Shown piece by piece: positions 52,432-64,000 of a DNA stretch of 64,000 bases. The translations under genes and the position numbers were made by a program. Origin of the DNA: Azolla caroliniana (Eukaryota > Plantae > Polypodiophyta); NCBI GenBank assembly GCA_043228905.1, contig JBHGNT010000009.1, forward strand, positions 13,950,001 to 14,014,000. Direction: 5' to 3'. The stretch's first letter is position 1, and each line of letters opens with the position of its first letter. The notes below the pieces were generated by a model. That model worked only from the letters and a program-made list of their open reading frames with translations. It did no database searches and was not told where the DNA came from.

Positions 52432-52720
52432 TGATGACAACAAGAACTATATTATATGAAGAAAGATACAAGAACAACTAGGAGGCTTAAGACTGGCGTC
52501 GAACTGAATTGGTTCGGAATAATGCCTTGTCCCTCTATTTATGGTGCTGTCAAGAGTACTGCTAAAGTTTCTAAAATGTTCCAGAGTAATCTGGAATATA
52601 CATGAATTTCCTATAGTGAAATAATAAATGAAAATAATATTTTTTATATTTCAATAAATAGTTTAATGGTAAGGGTTCAACCCATGTAACACAAGGTTAT
52701 GGGTTCAAATCCTTTTGGAG
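46066..52720 (-). mobile_element. Second Tf1/Tcn1-like Gypsy 5' half (gag, protease), interrupted by Copia 47063-51391; partial LTR ~52347-52720
   Basis: KFDGTRSQFRG, SRYPTDASRVGLVGTLLSG, ALFDSKANSCFMD; paralogous to 42924-45289. Confidence 0.85.
47063..51391 (-). mobile_element. Second copy of the Tnt1/Tork-like Copia, with an internal RT/RNase H deletion; LTRs 47063-47271 and 51184-51391
   Basis: TSD TACGT/TATGT; highly similar to 24169-29317; deletion junction near 47716. Confidence 0.95.
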
Positions 52721-55700
52721 CTATACCATACCATGCCATATCATGATAGTCCCCACACATCTGAGAATCGGCTCCGATTCTTCACATTGGGGAACGACTA
52801 TGTTGCTTCTCAAGCTAACAAGCTTCACATATTTGGCCTTTCTGACCACTGAACTTCGGTTGTCTGAAAACAACATATTTTGAATGCATCTCCTGAAGCT
52901 TCCAGAAGTTGATGTGGCCGATCCGCTTATGCCACAGGTCGATGTCCGACGCAACCTTTTGCCCTTTCGCGAACATAGCGGTGCCAACATCATTGGTTTT
53001 GAAGATGAAAATTCTTCCATCCCAACGGCCTTGTGCAATGATGTGGCCTTCCTCCTTGATGAAGCATCCGTGGTGAGTAAATCAGACCTACATTCCTTCG
53101 TCCACAATCTGACCGACCGACACCAAGTTCTTGGTTATCATTGGTACATGAAGAACATTCCTCATGATTCTCTTCTGACCGACATGACTTAGAGGGGCAT
53201 CTCTGATGTGCTTAATGGGATGTGGGGTGTCTTCTCCGGTTTCAACCATCCTCGGCTTCTCTGGCTTCTCGAGAAAGAAGAACCACTCTTTGTGGTTTTA
53301 AGCTCGGGAGTCCATGTACCAAACTTCCTCGACTTCGAGTTGGATGTAGCCATTTGGTTGGTCTTATGGTTCATTACAAGGGTCGGTCCTAACCCGGCTC
53401 CCTCCAAGCAACCAACAAAGTGCGATCGGTGACACCTATCTGCGTCCCTCTAGCTCGATACATCTTTGTTCGAATTAGCTCTTTTCTTCCAGCACTCGCT
53501 TTCTCCGTGGCCCTTTCGACCACAGTACCGATAGTCTGTGACAATGGTCGGCACCATCTTTGTGCCTCTGATTCTACTCTTATCGACCGCCTACATTGCG
53601 CGCCAATCAATCTCAACCGTGATGTCCAGAGAACCTCTCTTCCTCCATGTACAACATCTTGTTGTCGGTGTGCGTACTCGTCCATGTACTCGTGTGGTTC
53701 TCATTTACAAGGAGCATTGATTGTAAGTCGAAAAATGAGGACGTATTCTACCTTGTACATATCGCCGTTCGGAACGCTCCGAAGTTCAACACCAGGCTCC
53801 CGAGATAGACCTGCACCATCTCATCCTTCTCAATGGTCACGTTCATGGAGGTAAGGGAATCATAGATATCTTTAATCTAGGTCGTGTAATCAGCCACCGA
53901 CATGTCTTTTTGTCGGACGTTGCTCAAATCCTATTAGAGTTGCAGCTTCCGGGCCGTGGTGCTTGTGGCAAAGACCTTCTTCCAGTTTCCCCAAGCTTCC
54001 TTTGGCATCTTGGCATCCGGATATGGCTAAGCAGCTGATCGCCGACACTGGACGCAAAGCAGTACATTAACCTGCTTGCCACGTTTTCCTAAGTCGAAAA
54101 GTCCCTTAGTGCCGCATCAGGTGTTGTATCATTAGCTTCGTCAACATAACTCCAATAGCCATGCCCAAGCAAGTGTTGGTGCATCTTGAACGACCAAGAT
54201 GCGTAGTTGGTTCTATTGAGCTTCTTCGTTGGGAGCGAGCTAGTCATTTTGTTACGGGCATGACCATATAATATCCCGTGGTAAGAATTTACCGTAGTAT
54301 TCTATACACGTGGATAAGTGTGAGGGTTAAATGAGAGTGTAAAGAAGGGGAGGATTACTTTTAATCCTCGGGATTGAGACAACCCATTAGGTCAAGTGTG
54401 AACTTGCCTGGGGGCCTTGGGTTTCGCTATAAATAAGAGGCCTAGCTACCCTCATTTGATCATCTTTTGACTACATCGAGACTCTGTTCGTGTCGTGGGT
54501 CAACTCTTGTAGCGAGCGCGCCAGCACCAGGTACGACTCGACGCCACGACGGTGGTATGGGACGCCGATCGAGGCTCGAGTCCGTCTCGATCCCTTCGCT
54601 CGGGGGTGGTCGGGTGGATCGGCACCCTTCTTTCTCTTTCTCCTTTCTATCTATCTTTTCATTATCCTTATCTTAAGCTTACGTTAGTACCAAGATCTAT
54701 AATATTTGGTATCAGATTTTTGTACTAATGTTTCTTTGTTTTTCATTTGTCTTTTGATTGATGCTGATCGATCGTTGTGCGGTTGGCCTTGATCCAGACA
54801 ACGATCAACAGAGAACTTCAGTAACTCTTTCCATAATTTTTCTTTCTATTCTCTCTTCTCCCATCTAATCATGTGTTTAGTTTATATGTAATTTTTTTCA
54901 TTAAGTCAATGATGTTGTAGTGATCTTTAATTGATTATCTAAAACGTTTACATATGTGCACGAGGTCAATACCTCGTTTGACATATTGATAATATGTGAT
55001 GAGTGTCGTATGCGTACGAGGTTAATACCTCAATTACGTATTACGTTCACGAACATATGTTACGTTTGCGTATGAGTTTAATACCTTGATTTGTTGTAAA
55101 CGATATGCGTTTGGTCTCGTATGCGTAAGAGGTCAATACCTCCATTGCGTATTACGATGATCTCTTATTTGTGGATGTTTCGTGTGTGTAGAGGTATATA
55201 CCTCGATTACGTATCTCGATCACATCATTTGTGGCTATTTAATATAACGATATGTTTAATATAGGCATATGTGGTCACATATATACGTATTTGATCGTAT
55301 ATATGTGATAAGTAAACATATGTGTATATTCGTTATTACGTGATTATATCGAAAGTTGTCATGGTCGGGAAAAGGATGTTGGTGGCCGTCCTCACATTTT
55401 TGTGAGAATGGCATTGTCACCATCCCTTTTTCAACATTTTTTTATTGTTGATAACCCCGTTGACGACCTCGATTTCGTTACGTAAAGAAACGCCAATAGC
55501 CAAAATGATGTTGAGTACGTAGGGCTTGACCCACTTCAAGTGAGGTCGCTCCAATGACGCACATATCCAACATCCCTCCCTCGTTACATGGATACGATGC
55601 CACCATGAGCTCATTCTTACGAGAGGCATTCGTAATGACGTGACCATGTGATGGCCCAGGTGAGCCTACTACGAAACAAGGGCTCATTTGGCTTGACCAT

Positions 55701-56392
55701 TAGGTTGCACTTTGGTGTATGCCATCGTAATTACGAGACTTGAGGTTAGGTAACGTACCAACATAGTTTTGGTAAATGAGGGCGAAATAAGGACCCTTGA
55801 CATATATGTTCTTTTAAAAAAACATATATGATCAATTGCCTCGCATATCTCTTATACGCATCAAACATTAAGCATTCGAGAAGAGCAACTTACTTGGTTG
55901 GCTCAAGTGTTTAATGTATTTGTTCTCGAGGTCTCGAGTTCAAATATGACCAAGACCATACAACATCCTTGATACATATGACTATAACACATGTTTAGAC
56001 TTAAGGTCTAAGTGCACCTCGGGGTCCTCGTAATAGGACTTAAAGAGCCGAAACCACTTATGTGGGCACCGAAACATAGTTTATTGTTAACATTTTTTCC
56101 GTGTATAAACTATTCATGACGCGAACATACATGGTTGAGCCTCGGGGAGCCACCATGAAAAAATCGATATAGAGATCAGGGAAAGAAATTTATTTGTCAC
56201 CCCCATGGTTTTTAAAACACCTTTGTGTTACCATAGTAACCTGATCTTGAACCTCATCTCATACGTCTAGAGGGGTATTGACGTGAGATAATGATATCGA
56301 TTAATGCTCGCCCATGATATGTTTACATCACGACATGATGTTATGACTATATCTCTGACCTTATCCTATTTCTTTTCCAGAAATAATCTTTA

Positions 56393-56950
56393 ATGGCTCA
56401 AATTAACGACCCGATGTCATCTGCTCAAGCGGAAGGAACTCAAGGGAATCCTCCTAGACAAATGTCCACTGAGATGTATTTGGCACAAATAACCCAATAC
56501 CTTAGTTTCACCGCTCAACAGATGACCGAACTTCGGCAATCTCAGAGTGCTCTTGAGGCACGTGTCATTAGTCTACAACGTGAGACTAATAGACCTGATG
56601 AGCGACAAGGTGAACCATCATTTGTCGTTAAGCCATTTACGGGAGACAAAAAGGAAAGAACCGAAGAAGCAATCTGCACATGGCTGGGACGATGGGAGTC
56701 TCATTTTGAGCTCTATCCCACGCCAGATAGTACGAAGATTGCATATGTCGGTCGAGAACTCGGGGGTAAGGCCGCCGCCTGGTGGCGTGGCCTCCGTACT
56801 ATGGGGAAATTGCCCGATACCTGGACAGATTTTGTCACGGTTTTTAAGGGCCAATTTCTGCAACCTCCCTCTCGAACCGAGGCAGCACAAGCTTTAATGA
56901 ACCTCTCTAGCAGGAAATTTTCCTCGCTAGAAGACTGTTCACCATGCTAG
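56393..56950 (+). CDS. Chromovirus gag (N-terminal part), frameshifted near 56936
   Basis: Retrotransposon gag-like LGGKAAAWW...[13 protein letters not shown]. Confidence 0.85.
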   Translation: MAQINDPMSSAQAEGTQGNPPRQMSTEMYLAQITQYLSFTAQQMTELRQSQSALEARVISLQRETNRPDERQGEPSFVVKPFTGDKKERTEEAICTWLGRWESHFELYPTPDSTKIAYVGRELGGKAAAWWRGLRTMGKLPDTWTDFVTVFKGQFLQPPSRTEAAQALMNLSSRKFSSLEDCSPC

Positions 56951-56990
56951 AACCCAAATCCAAAAATCGGGTCTAGAAGGGGACAATTGG

Positions 56991-59900
56991 TTGATAGCTT
57001 GTTTTGTCAATGGCATCCCCAATTCGGACTATCACTGGATAGTGCACGATAAGGATCCAAAATCCTTCGAAGAGGCCGTTGAAATAGTTCTTCGCTATCA
57101 ACGCACTTCGAAGAAGGACCATAACAAACCCAACGAAGCGCCCGGGACTAAGCAGTCGCAATTTGTTGGGAAACGCAAGACACACAACGAATTCTTGGAT
57201 CGCGATTGTAAGCGACAACATCCTTTTTGTGTATTCTGCAAAAAGAAGGGTCATACAAAAGATCAATGTCGAAAGCTCCAACGGAAAGAGCACGACAACA
57301 AAGCTAAAGCTGCAGACCATAAAGGTCAGATTCCTAATGTCCTTCAGGTCTATACACATCATTTAAGTAATTGTCAATGTTCTTTCCCTCACTATGTATT
57401 GGGTCCCAATGATTTACTACGTGCAAACGGGTATATCAATGGATCTCCCGTACAGTTTTTATTTGATTCGGGAAGCTCACACAATTTTGTGAATGATCGT
57501 TTGGTTCAGATATGGGGAATCCAACCCACCGTAAGTGATCACACCTACACGGTGCACTTGGCTGATGGAAGAGTACAATACATCAACGGGGCGATTCATT
57601 CATTAGGAATTTCTATTGATACTTATATAGAGGAAGTAGACTTCCATGTAATGAATCTTTGTACCACCGATGTAATACTGGGTTATCCCTGGTTTTATAA
57701 TAAAAACTCTTCTTTATTTATTGATTGGGTTCGTCATTCCATTTCTTTTGTACTGAACGATTGTACGCATTTTATTCAATGTGTAAAAAAACAATCCCTC
57801 TCGATTGTTTCCTCGTGTCCATCAATATCCGAGTTGTCTTGTTCTACGTTATTTTATTGTGTACTTGATCCGGACATTCACGTTTACAATATCGATAATG
57901 TCCCGATTCAATTAACATATTTTGAACAACAACAACTTGATGAAATCTTAAATGATTTTCATGATGTTTTTCCAAGTGAACTACCTGATGGGTTACCTCC
58001 TAAACGTAATATAGACCATCGTATAGATATTGTACCTGGTGTTGCACCAATAAGTATACCTCCGTATCGCTTAAGTCGATCCGAAGAAGATGAGGTATCT
58101 AAGCAACTCAAGGACTATTTACGAATGGGTTATATACGTTATAGTAAATCTCCATGGGGTGCACCAGTTCTCTTGGTTAAAAAGAAAGAGGGCACATGGC
58201 GTATGTGTATTAATTACCGACGCTTGAATAAAGTGACGATCAAGAATTCGTATCCATTGCCCCGGGCTAACGATCTAATTGACCGTCTCCAGGGAGCTCG
58301 GTATTTTACGAAACTTGATCTCCGTACTGGCTACCATCAAATACGAATAAGTGAGGACGATGTTCCTAAAACGGCATTTCGTACGCGCTATGGCCATTAC
58401 GAGTTTTTGGTTATGCCTTTTGGTTTGACCAATGCTCCGGCTACTTTTCAACAAGAAATGAATGACATTTTCCGAGAACAACTTGGAAAATTTGTCGTTA
58501 TTTTCTTGGATGATATTTTAGTTTATAGCCGTACATTACAAGAACATGCTAGACATGTCCGCTTTGTTTTACAAACATTGCGTGACAAACAGTTTTATGC
58601 GAAGATCTCAAAATGTGAGTTCTTCAAGAAATCAATTACTTATCTAGGACATCTCATAACCGAACGAGGAGTTGAAATTGATCCTTCTCGCATTGAGAAA
58701 ATCAAGCTTTGGCCCACTCTTCGGAATATTCGAGAAGTTCGATCATTCCTTGGTTTTGTGGGGTTTTTGCGAAAGTCTCTTCGTAATTACTCCCAATTGA
58801 CGATGCCGTTTACTGATCTTTTAAAAGGTCAAACGCGTAAGTCTACAAAACCTATTGTGTGGAATGCTACACTAGACCTTGCATTTAAGGAACTCAAGGA
58901 CCTAGTTTGCAAGGCTCTTTCACTTCTTTTACCTGATCCTTCAAAACCTTTTGAGGTTGAAACCGATGCAAGCGATTATGCTATAGGTGCTGTCTTGTAT
59001 CAAGATGGTAAACCAATAGCATTCGAGAGTAAGAAACTTGATTCTGCTCAATGTCGGTATACCGTTCAAGAAAAGGAATTATTTGCAGTTATACATGCGC
59101 TGAAAACATGGCACCATTATCTTTATGGAAATCACTTTGTGGTAACTACGGACCACGAGTCCTTGAAATATTTTTGTGACCAACAAGACCTGAAAGGTCG
59201 TAAGGCACGATGGGCTGATCTCATCCAGGACTTTGATTTTTCCATACGATATCGTAAAGGTTCCATGAACATTGTCGCTGATGCACTAAGTCGCATCCGT
59301 GAAGTTAACACGCTTAGCTTCACTGAAATATCATCAGATCTTTATGATCACCTTCGAGGAAAGTATCCTGATGACAGTTATTTCGCAAAATACTGGGCTA
59401 GAGTTGAGTCTGGAACAGACACCACCACATCCTTGAAGGAATACTTCCACATTGCTAACGGTTTGCTCTACCTTAATGGGAAGGTTTGTGTTCCAGATTT
59501 ACCCGAGGTCAAAAAGAGGATTCTTTTTGAATGCCATGATGCACCCTCAGCAGGGCACCCTGGAATACATCGTACACTCGTTCTCATCTCCACTCAATGT
59601 TATTGGCCTAAGATGCGTCCTGACATACATAGCTATGTGACTAAATGTCACCAGTGTCAGGTTAACAAAGCCGAGCGACTTAAAGCCGCAGGACTTTTAC
59701 ATCCCTTGGACATTCCCAATAATAAGTGGGAAAGTATATCCATGGATTTTATTGTTAGCCTTCCTCGCACCCAAAAAGGTCATGATGCCATCTGGGTTGT
59801 CGTTGATCGACTAACTAAAATGGCCAGATTTATTGCTACTAAAACCACGATAACAGCTCCTGAATTGGCTTACCAATTCGTTGACGAATTGTTTCGTTTT

Positions 59901-60824
59901 TATGGGTTACCGATGGATATCGTGAGGGATCGAGATCCAAAGTTTACTAGTGACTTCTGGACAGAAGTCTTTAAGAAGTTAGAAACTACGTTGAGCATGA
60001 GCTCCACGAATCATCCTCAATCCGATGGACAGACAGAACGAGTAAATCAAATTATTGAGGACATGCTTCGAGCATACGTTGGTGCAAAACCAACAAAATG
60101 GGAACGTTATCTCCCAATTTTGGAGTTTGCTTATAACAGCTCCAAGCATACGTCGACGGGATATAGTCCTTTTATGTTGATGTATGGTTTTCAGCCACGA
60201 GCCCCGATTGATGTTACTATACATCATGATGAGTTGCGAAGTACGCAAAACTTTCTTCGGGATATGCAAGATATGTTGCATATTGCACGAGATAATATAA
60301 AAACAGCTCAAGATAGAGCGCGTTTTTATGCCGATCATCATAGGCAACCTCGTGTATTCAACCCTAGACAGAAGGTATTTTTACGTGTACCTCACAATTC
60401 TAAGACATTGTCTACGAGTAAGTGCGCTAAGTTAGCCCCACGGTTTTGTGGACCTTTTACAGTCCTCAAACGCATTGGGTCATCAGCCTATCGTCTCGCT
60501 CTTCCCGATGGTGTCGGAATTCATCCAGTCTTTCATGTGAGTCGTCTAAAAGAACTTCTAGGTTCTGGCGACAATACAGTTACGACTGAAACTCTGGTTA
60601 CTTTTGAAGAATTATCTTCTAAACCACATGTACCAGAAAGAATTCTCGATGTTAAAACAAAAAAATTACGTACTAAAGAAATCCGAGAATTCAAAATAAA
60701 ATGGATGGATAAATCAATAAAAGATGCCACATGGGAACGCGAAAATACTCTTAGAACTAACTTCCCTAACTTTCCATTGCAAGAGTGCAATGTTTTAAAG
60801 AGGGGGAGTATGTTACGGGCATGA
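56991..60824 (+). CDS. Chromovirus gag end plus pol: CCHC, protease, RT, RNase H, integrase, chromodomain
   Basis: [14 protein letters not shown]; [10 protein letters not shown]; [13 protein letters not shown]; TDASDYAIG; GPF motif; PERILD...KW...DATWE. Confidence 0.97.
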   Translation: MIACFVNGIPNSDYHWIVHDKDPKSFEEAVEIVLRYQRTSKKDHNKPNEAPGTKQSQFVGKRKTHNEFLDRDCKRQHPFCVFCKKKGHTKDQCRKLQRKEHDNKAKAADHKGQIPNVLQVYTHHLSNCQCSFPHYVLGPNDLLRANGYINGSPVQFLFDSGSSHNFVNDRLVQIWGIQPTVSDHTYTVHLADGRVQYINGAIHSLGISIDTYIEEVDFHVMNLCTTDVILGYPWFYNKNSSLFIDWVRHSISFVLNDCTHFIQCVKKQSLSIVSSCPSISELSCSTLFYCVLDPDIHVYNIDNVPIQLTYFEQQQLDEILNDFHDVFPSELPDGLPPKRNIDHRIDIVPGVAPISIPPYRLSRSEEDEVSKQLKDYLRMGYIRYSKSPWGAPVLLVKKKEGTWRMCINYRRLNKVTIKNSYPLPRANDLIDRLQGARYFTKLDLRTGYHQIRISEDDVPKTAFRTRYGHYEFLVMPFGLTNAPATFQQEMNDIFREQLGKFVVIFLDDILVYSRTLQEHARHVRFVLQTLRDKQFYAKISKCEFFKKSITYLGHLITERGVEIDPSRIEKIKLWPTLRNIREVRSFLGFVGFLRKSLRNYSQLTMPFTDLLKGQTRKSTKPIVWNATLDLAFKELKDLVCKALSLLLPDPSKPFEVETDASDYAIGAVLYQDGKPIAFESKKLDSAQCRYTVQEKELFAVIHALKTWHHYLYGNHFVVTTDHESLKYFCDQQDLKGRKARWADLIQDFDFSIRYRKGSMNIVADALSRIREVNTLSFTEISSDLYDHLRGKYPDDSYFAKYWARVESGTDTTTSLKEYFHIANGLLYLNGKVCVPDLPEVKKRILFECHDAPSAGHPGIHRTLVLISTQCYWPKMRPDIHSYVTKCHQCQVNKAERLKAAGLLHPLDIPNNKWESISMDFIVSLPRTQKGHDAIWVVVDRLTKMARFIATKTTITAPELAYQFVDELFRFYGLPMDIVRDRDPKFTSDFWTEVFKKLETTLSMSSTNHPQSDGQTERVNQIIEDMLRAYVGAKPTKWERYLPILEFAYNSSKHTSTGYSPFMLMYGFQPRAPIDVTIHHDELRSTQNFLRDMQDMLHIARDNIKTAQDRARFYADHHRQPRVFNPRQKVFLRVPHNSKTLSTSKCAKLAPRFCGPFTVLKRIGSSAYRLALPDGVGIHPVFHVSRLKELLGSGDNTVTTETLVTFEELSSKPHVPERILDVKTKKLRTKEIREFKIKWMDKSIKDATWERENTLRTNFPNFPLQECNVLKRGSMLRA

Positions 60825-61738
60825 CCATATAATATCCTGTGGTAAGAATTTACCGTAGTATTCTATACACGTGGATAAGTGTGAGGGTTAAATGAGAGTG
60901 TAAAGAAGGGGAGGATTACTTTTAATCCTCGGGATTGAGACAACCCATTAGGTCAAGTGTGAACTTGCCTGGGGGCCTTGGGTTTCGCTATAAATAAGAG
61001 GCCTAGCTACCCTCATTTGATCATCTTTTGACTACATCGAGACTCTGTTCGTGTGGTGGGTCAACTCTTGTAGCGAGCGCGCCAGCACCAGGTATGACTC
61101 GACGCCACGGCGGTGGTATGGGACGCCGATCGAGGCTCGAGTCCGTCTCGATCCCTTCGCTCGGGGGTGGTCGGGTGGATCGGCACCCTTCTTTCTCTTT
61201 CTCCTTTCTATCTATCTTTTCATTATCCTTATCTTAAGCTTACGTTAGTACCAAGATCTATAATACATTCCTCTGTCCATTCTTCCCTTCTTGTTCTTTA
61301 CCGGGTGTTGGGGTTCGACTATGGAAATCACTTGTCAGCAACAGAGATTCTCAACCCTCATGCTCTGATACCATGTAAAAATGAAACTGCAGACGGGTTT
61401 AAGATTTAGGGTTTAGGAAATGATCGAGAGGCGAACGAACTCGGATACCGATCGAGGATCTAGCGAGGAGCACAGGAGCAAGGATGTACGGACAACAAAC
61501 AATTGACACAAGGAAGAAATTGAGAATCAGATACAAGCTGACTCCGTCAAAGAACTAATTCAAATGAAAGACAATTCAAACAAGTCGATTCGACCAACTC
61601 AAATCAGCCAAAGCTTGAGACTAGCTGAACCAGACTACCTTTGCCAACTTGGCTATATGCCGATTGACTTGTATCATAAATTAAGATTAATTTTGTATTC
61701 TAGGTTTACGAGGGAGATAACCCCAAATCACTTGTATA

Positions 61739-62058
61739 TGTAGGAAAGAGTAGTCCTTTTATGGGGGAGTTTGCTAGCATAAAAGACCGACTCCTTCCAC
61801 TTTGTATCTTAGTGTAAACACGCCCAAATAGTTAGGGCTTAGTATATAAGCTATAACTTAACACTGTAATGATAACTTCTTGTATCTTGAGTCTCTGTGA
61901 GAGTAAGAGTTATAGAATAACGAGAGCTTCCATTAGAGCTTGAACTATGTTTACCTTTCCATCCTTTTCTTCTGTCATACTCTCTATGTTGTTTGTTGTG
62001 CACAGAATCTACAAGTCCTCACATATTTCCGCATACATATCGAACAACATATCCAACA
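61739..62058 (+). repeat. Probable LTR with a PBS remnant
   Basis: TGTAGG...CCAACA followed by tggta; internal tatataag. Confidence 0.45.
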
Positions 62059-62120
62059 TGGTAAAGACAAAAATCTTGAACGAGGAGACTAGAATGAAGG
62101 ACAAGAGTGTCTTGTCCTAG

Positions 62121-63450
62121 TGTTGTCGGGGTGGGGGGAGAAGCCTAGAATGGCTTCACCCCCCTCCCAAGGGGGTTAAGTTAGAGAGAGAGCAGGAGAG
62201 AAAGACAAATAGGAAATGACACAAAATGAGAGGGGAAAAAACTATATCCATTACATGCCCCATAAGGGGTTTATATAATACATAATGTAACGGTAAATAA
62301 TATGTTCGTTACAAAAAGAGACCGTTACATTCTTGGCACATGCACATAATTGTGCATGTGCTCACACATACTCATCTTCACACATATACATTACACATAC
62401 CGAACAACCCCTTTAACGTGTTTTACCCTTATACCGCCCCGTCCAACTCCTACGGGTAACACATGGCACACCTGTGGGATAGTGCATCGTACGGTGAGCC
62501 CACTCGTCATGGCAACTATTAACGATCGGAACTCCATCGGTCGTCTCAACGGTCGGAAATCCATCGACCAGATCATAGCTCTACGATCGATAACTTCGAT
62601 TGGAGCATTGCTTGACTCGAACCTCCTTGTTCAGTTATTATGTCGCTCAATTGGATCACACACCAATTGGCTCCTCCATTGCGGCATGGGCCTTTCATGA
62701 TTCTGCTACATTTATGTGTATTTTTCGGTTTCGTCATGTGAATTGAGCTTTGTATTTTGTACACTTGGTCTCTAAAAAATTTACCCTCAAGTTTATTTTT
62801 ATTTTTTTTTTCTCAAATTTTATTTTTGGCCCTTGAGTTTTCGAAATTCTGCATTCTGTCCTCCACTTTTTGAAATCTCACATCATGCCCTTGAGCTTTT
62901 GAAATTTCATCTTCTCTGCCCTTATGTTTCTAAAATTTTATCTTCATACCCCTCTTCTCTTTCTTCGTTTCCTTCTCTCCTCTTTTCTTCTTTCTTTTCT
63001 TCTTCTGCGTTCTTCTCTTCTTCCGCTTTCTGTTTTCATCTCTGTTTGTGTCTTTGTGGCCGTCACTCGGCCCTTCTCTCGGTCACGTGTCTTGGCCGTA
63101 CTATCGAGCGCGCGTCTCAGCCATCCTCTCGGTCGTGCATCTCGGCCGTATTTTCGACCGCACCTCTCAGTCGCGCGTCTCGTCTTGGCCGTACTCTTGG
63201 CCACGGTCCCGACCATACTCTCGATTGCGCGTCTCGGCCGTGCCTCTTGGTCGCACTTCTCTGTCATTGTCGGCCATTGTCTGACCAATCGGCACTACAA
63301 TTCGGTCATTGTTTAGCCACCATTTGACCACTATCTGGCCACCACTTGGCCACTATTGGCTACTGCCCTTCGGCCATCAGCCGCCGCTATTCGGGCTTGT
63401 CCATTCGGGCGCTGTCTGACCACTACTCGGCCATTGTTTGGCCGTTGCTC
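62121..63450 (-). mobile_element. Truncated relative of the non-autonomous element at 10751: LTR 62121-62461 plus interior
   Basis: Shares gcctagaatggct.cacccccctcccaaggggg, the ...GGGTAACA end, the TGGCACACCTGTGGGA motif, the ttttgaaattt array and the pyrimidine/CGGCC-rich interior. Confidence 0.8.
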
Positions 63451-64000
63451 GAATGGATGTAGCGACTTGAACTCTTGCTTCTCGCCACTGTGCTTCTTGA
63501 CTTCTTTTATGAAAAATCAAACTTCGAAGGTTTGCTAACAAAGCAACCATACTGAGCCTTAATAGTATCTATGCTGATGGAGAGAGTAGTGGCATTGTAC
63601 TCATCAATTTGATGGGATCAGCAGTGAGTATCTCCATAAATGCCTCTTCCTTTCTTTCCCTTTAAATTTGCTTCGTCATCATTGAGAAGGATCATATTCA
63701 CCACAACAAGCAACACAATCATATTCATTAGTACTAGTAATTCCATCTATGCTCTGAGAGAGACATGCTCCCATTTCTACTCCACTTTCGGATGATCAGA
63801 TCAGACTTCTGAGTGAAAGATTAATGTAGGACAAACCCCTTACGCAGAAATTGTAACTTATATTCCCGCCATCATACCGATCTGCTACTAGTGATGGCAG
63901 AGCTGTTGGTCCACATACCTCAATCTCCCCTATCCCACCAGAGGAGTTGTTGCTATATGGAGGAGGAGGGTATTTGATGATAGTGATGGTGATTATGGTG

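Larger units (their letters stand above)
54250..61265 (+). mobile_element. Young full-length chromovirus (Ty3/Gypsy); 455-bp LTRs 54250-54704 and 60811-61265
   Basis: About 4 LTR mismatches by eye; TSD CATTT/CATTC; PBS tggtatcaga at 54707; PPT agagggggag 60799-60808. Confidence 0.97.
52721..61700 (-). mobile_element. Degenerate Copia 5' half (gag, protease, pre-integrase domain) split by the chromovirus; PBS ends 61373, LTR starts 61374
   Basis: gag start (SSLPTKKLNRTNYASW) near 54245 continues at 61266; gctctgatacca PBS; right boundary uncertain. Confidence 0.8.

Noticed and set aside
54950-55220. CRISPR-like repeat-spacer appearance
   Set aside because: Eukaryotic retroelement leader, degenerate repeats, short linkers, no cas genes.
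62720-62770. GACGAAAC on the minus strand suggesting a hammerhead ribozyme (retrozyme)
   Set aside because: No upstream CTGANGA core or supporting stems seen.

Overview
Eukaryotic land-plant DNA, probably a non-seed plant such as a fern or lycophyte (inferred from the retroelement lineages). Most of the window is nested LTR retrotransposons: Ty3/Gypsy of the Athila/Tat-like, chromovirus and Tf1/Tcn1-like types, several Ty1/Copia families, non-autonomous derivatives and solo LTRs, plus LINE and hAT-like remnants. One host gene is visible: a 4-exon Lin0512-family gene (18716-31075, +) whose 10.7 kb third intron holds two nested Copia elements. The most unusual signal is a group of related Gypsy-type elements. 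They have a normal tRNA-Arg(UCG)-type primer-binding site (PBS) after the 5' LTR, but where the polypurine tract (PPT) should lie they carry a conserved motif resembling the 3' end of a second tRNA-Arg (three diverged copies). The group is also associated with an extra coiled-coil ORF with a conserved unknown domain (two diverged copies). All coordinates, alignments and identity estimates were made by eye; tRNA and family assignments rely on recalled sequences and need database confirmation.
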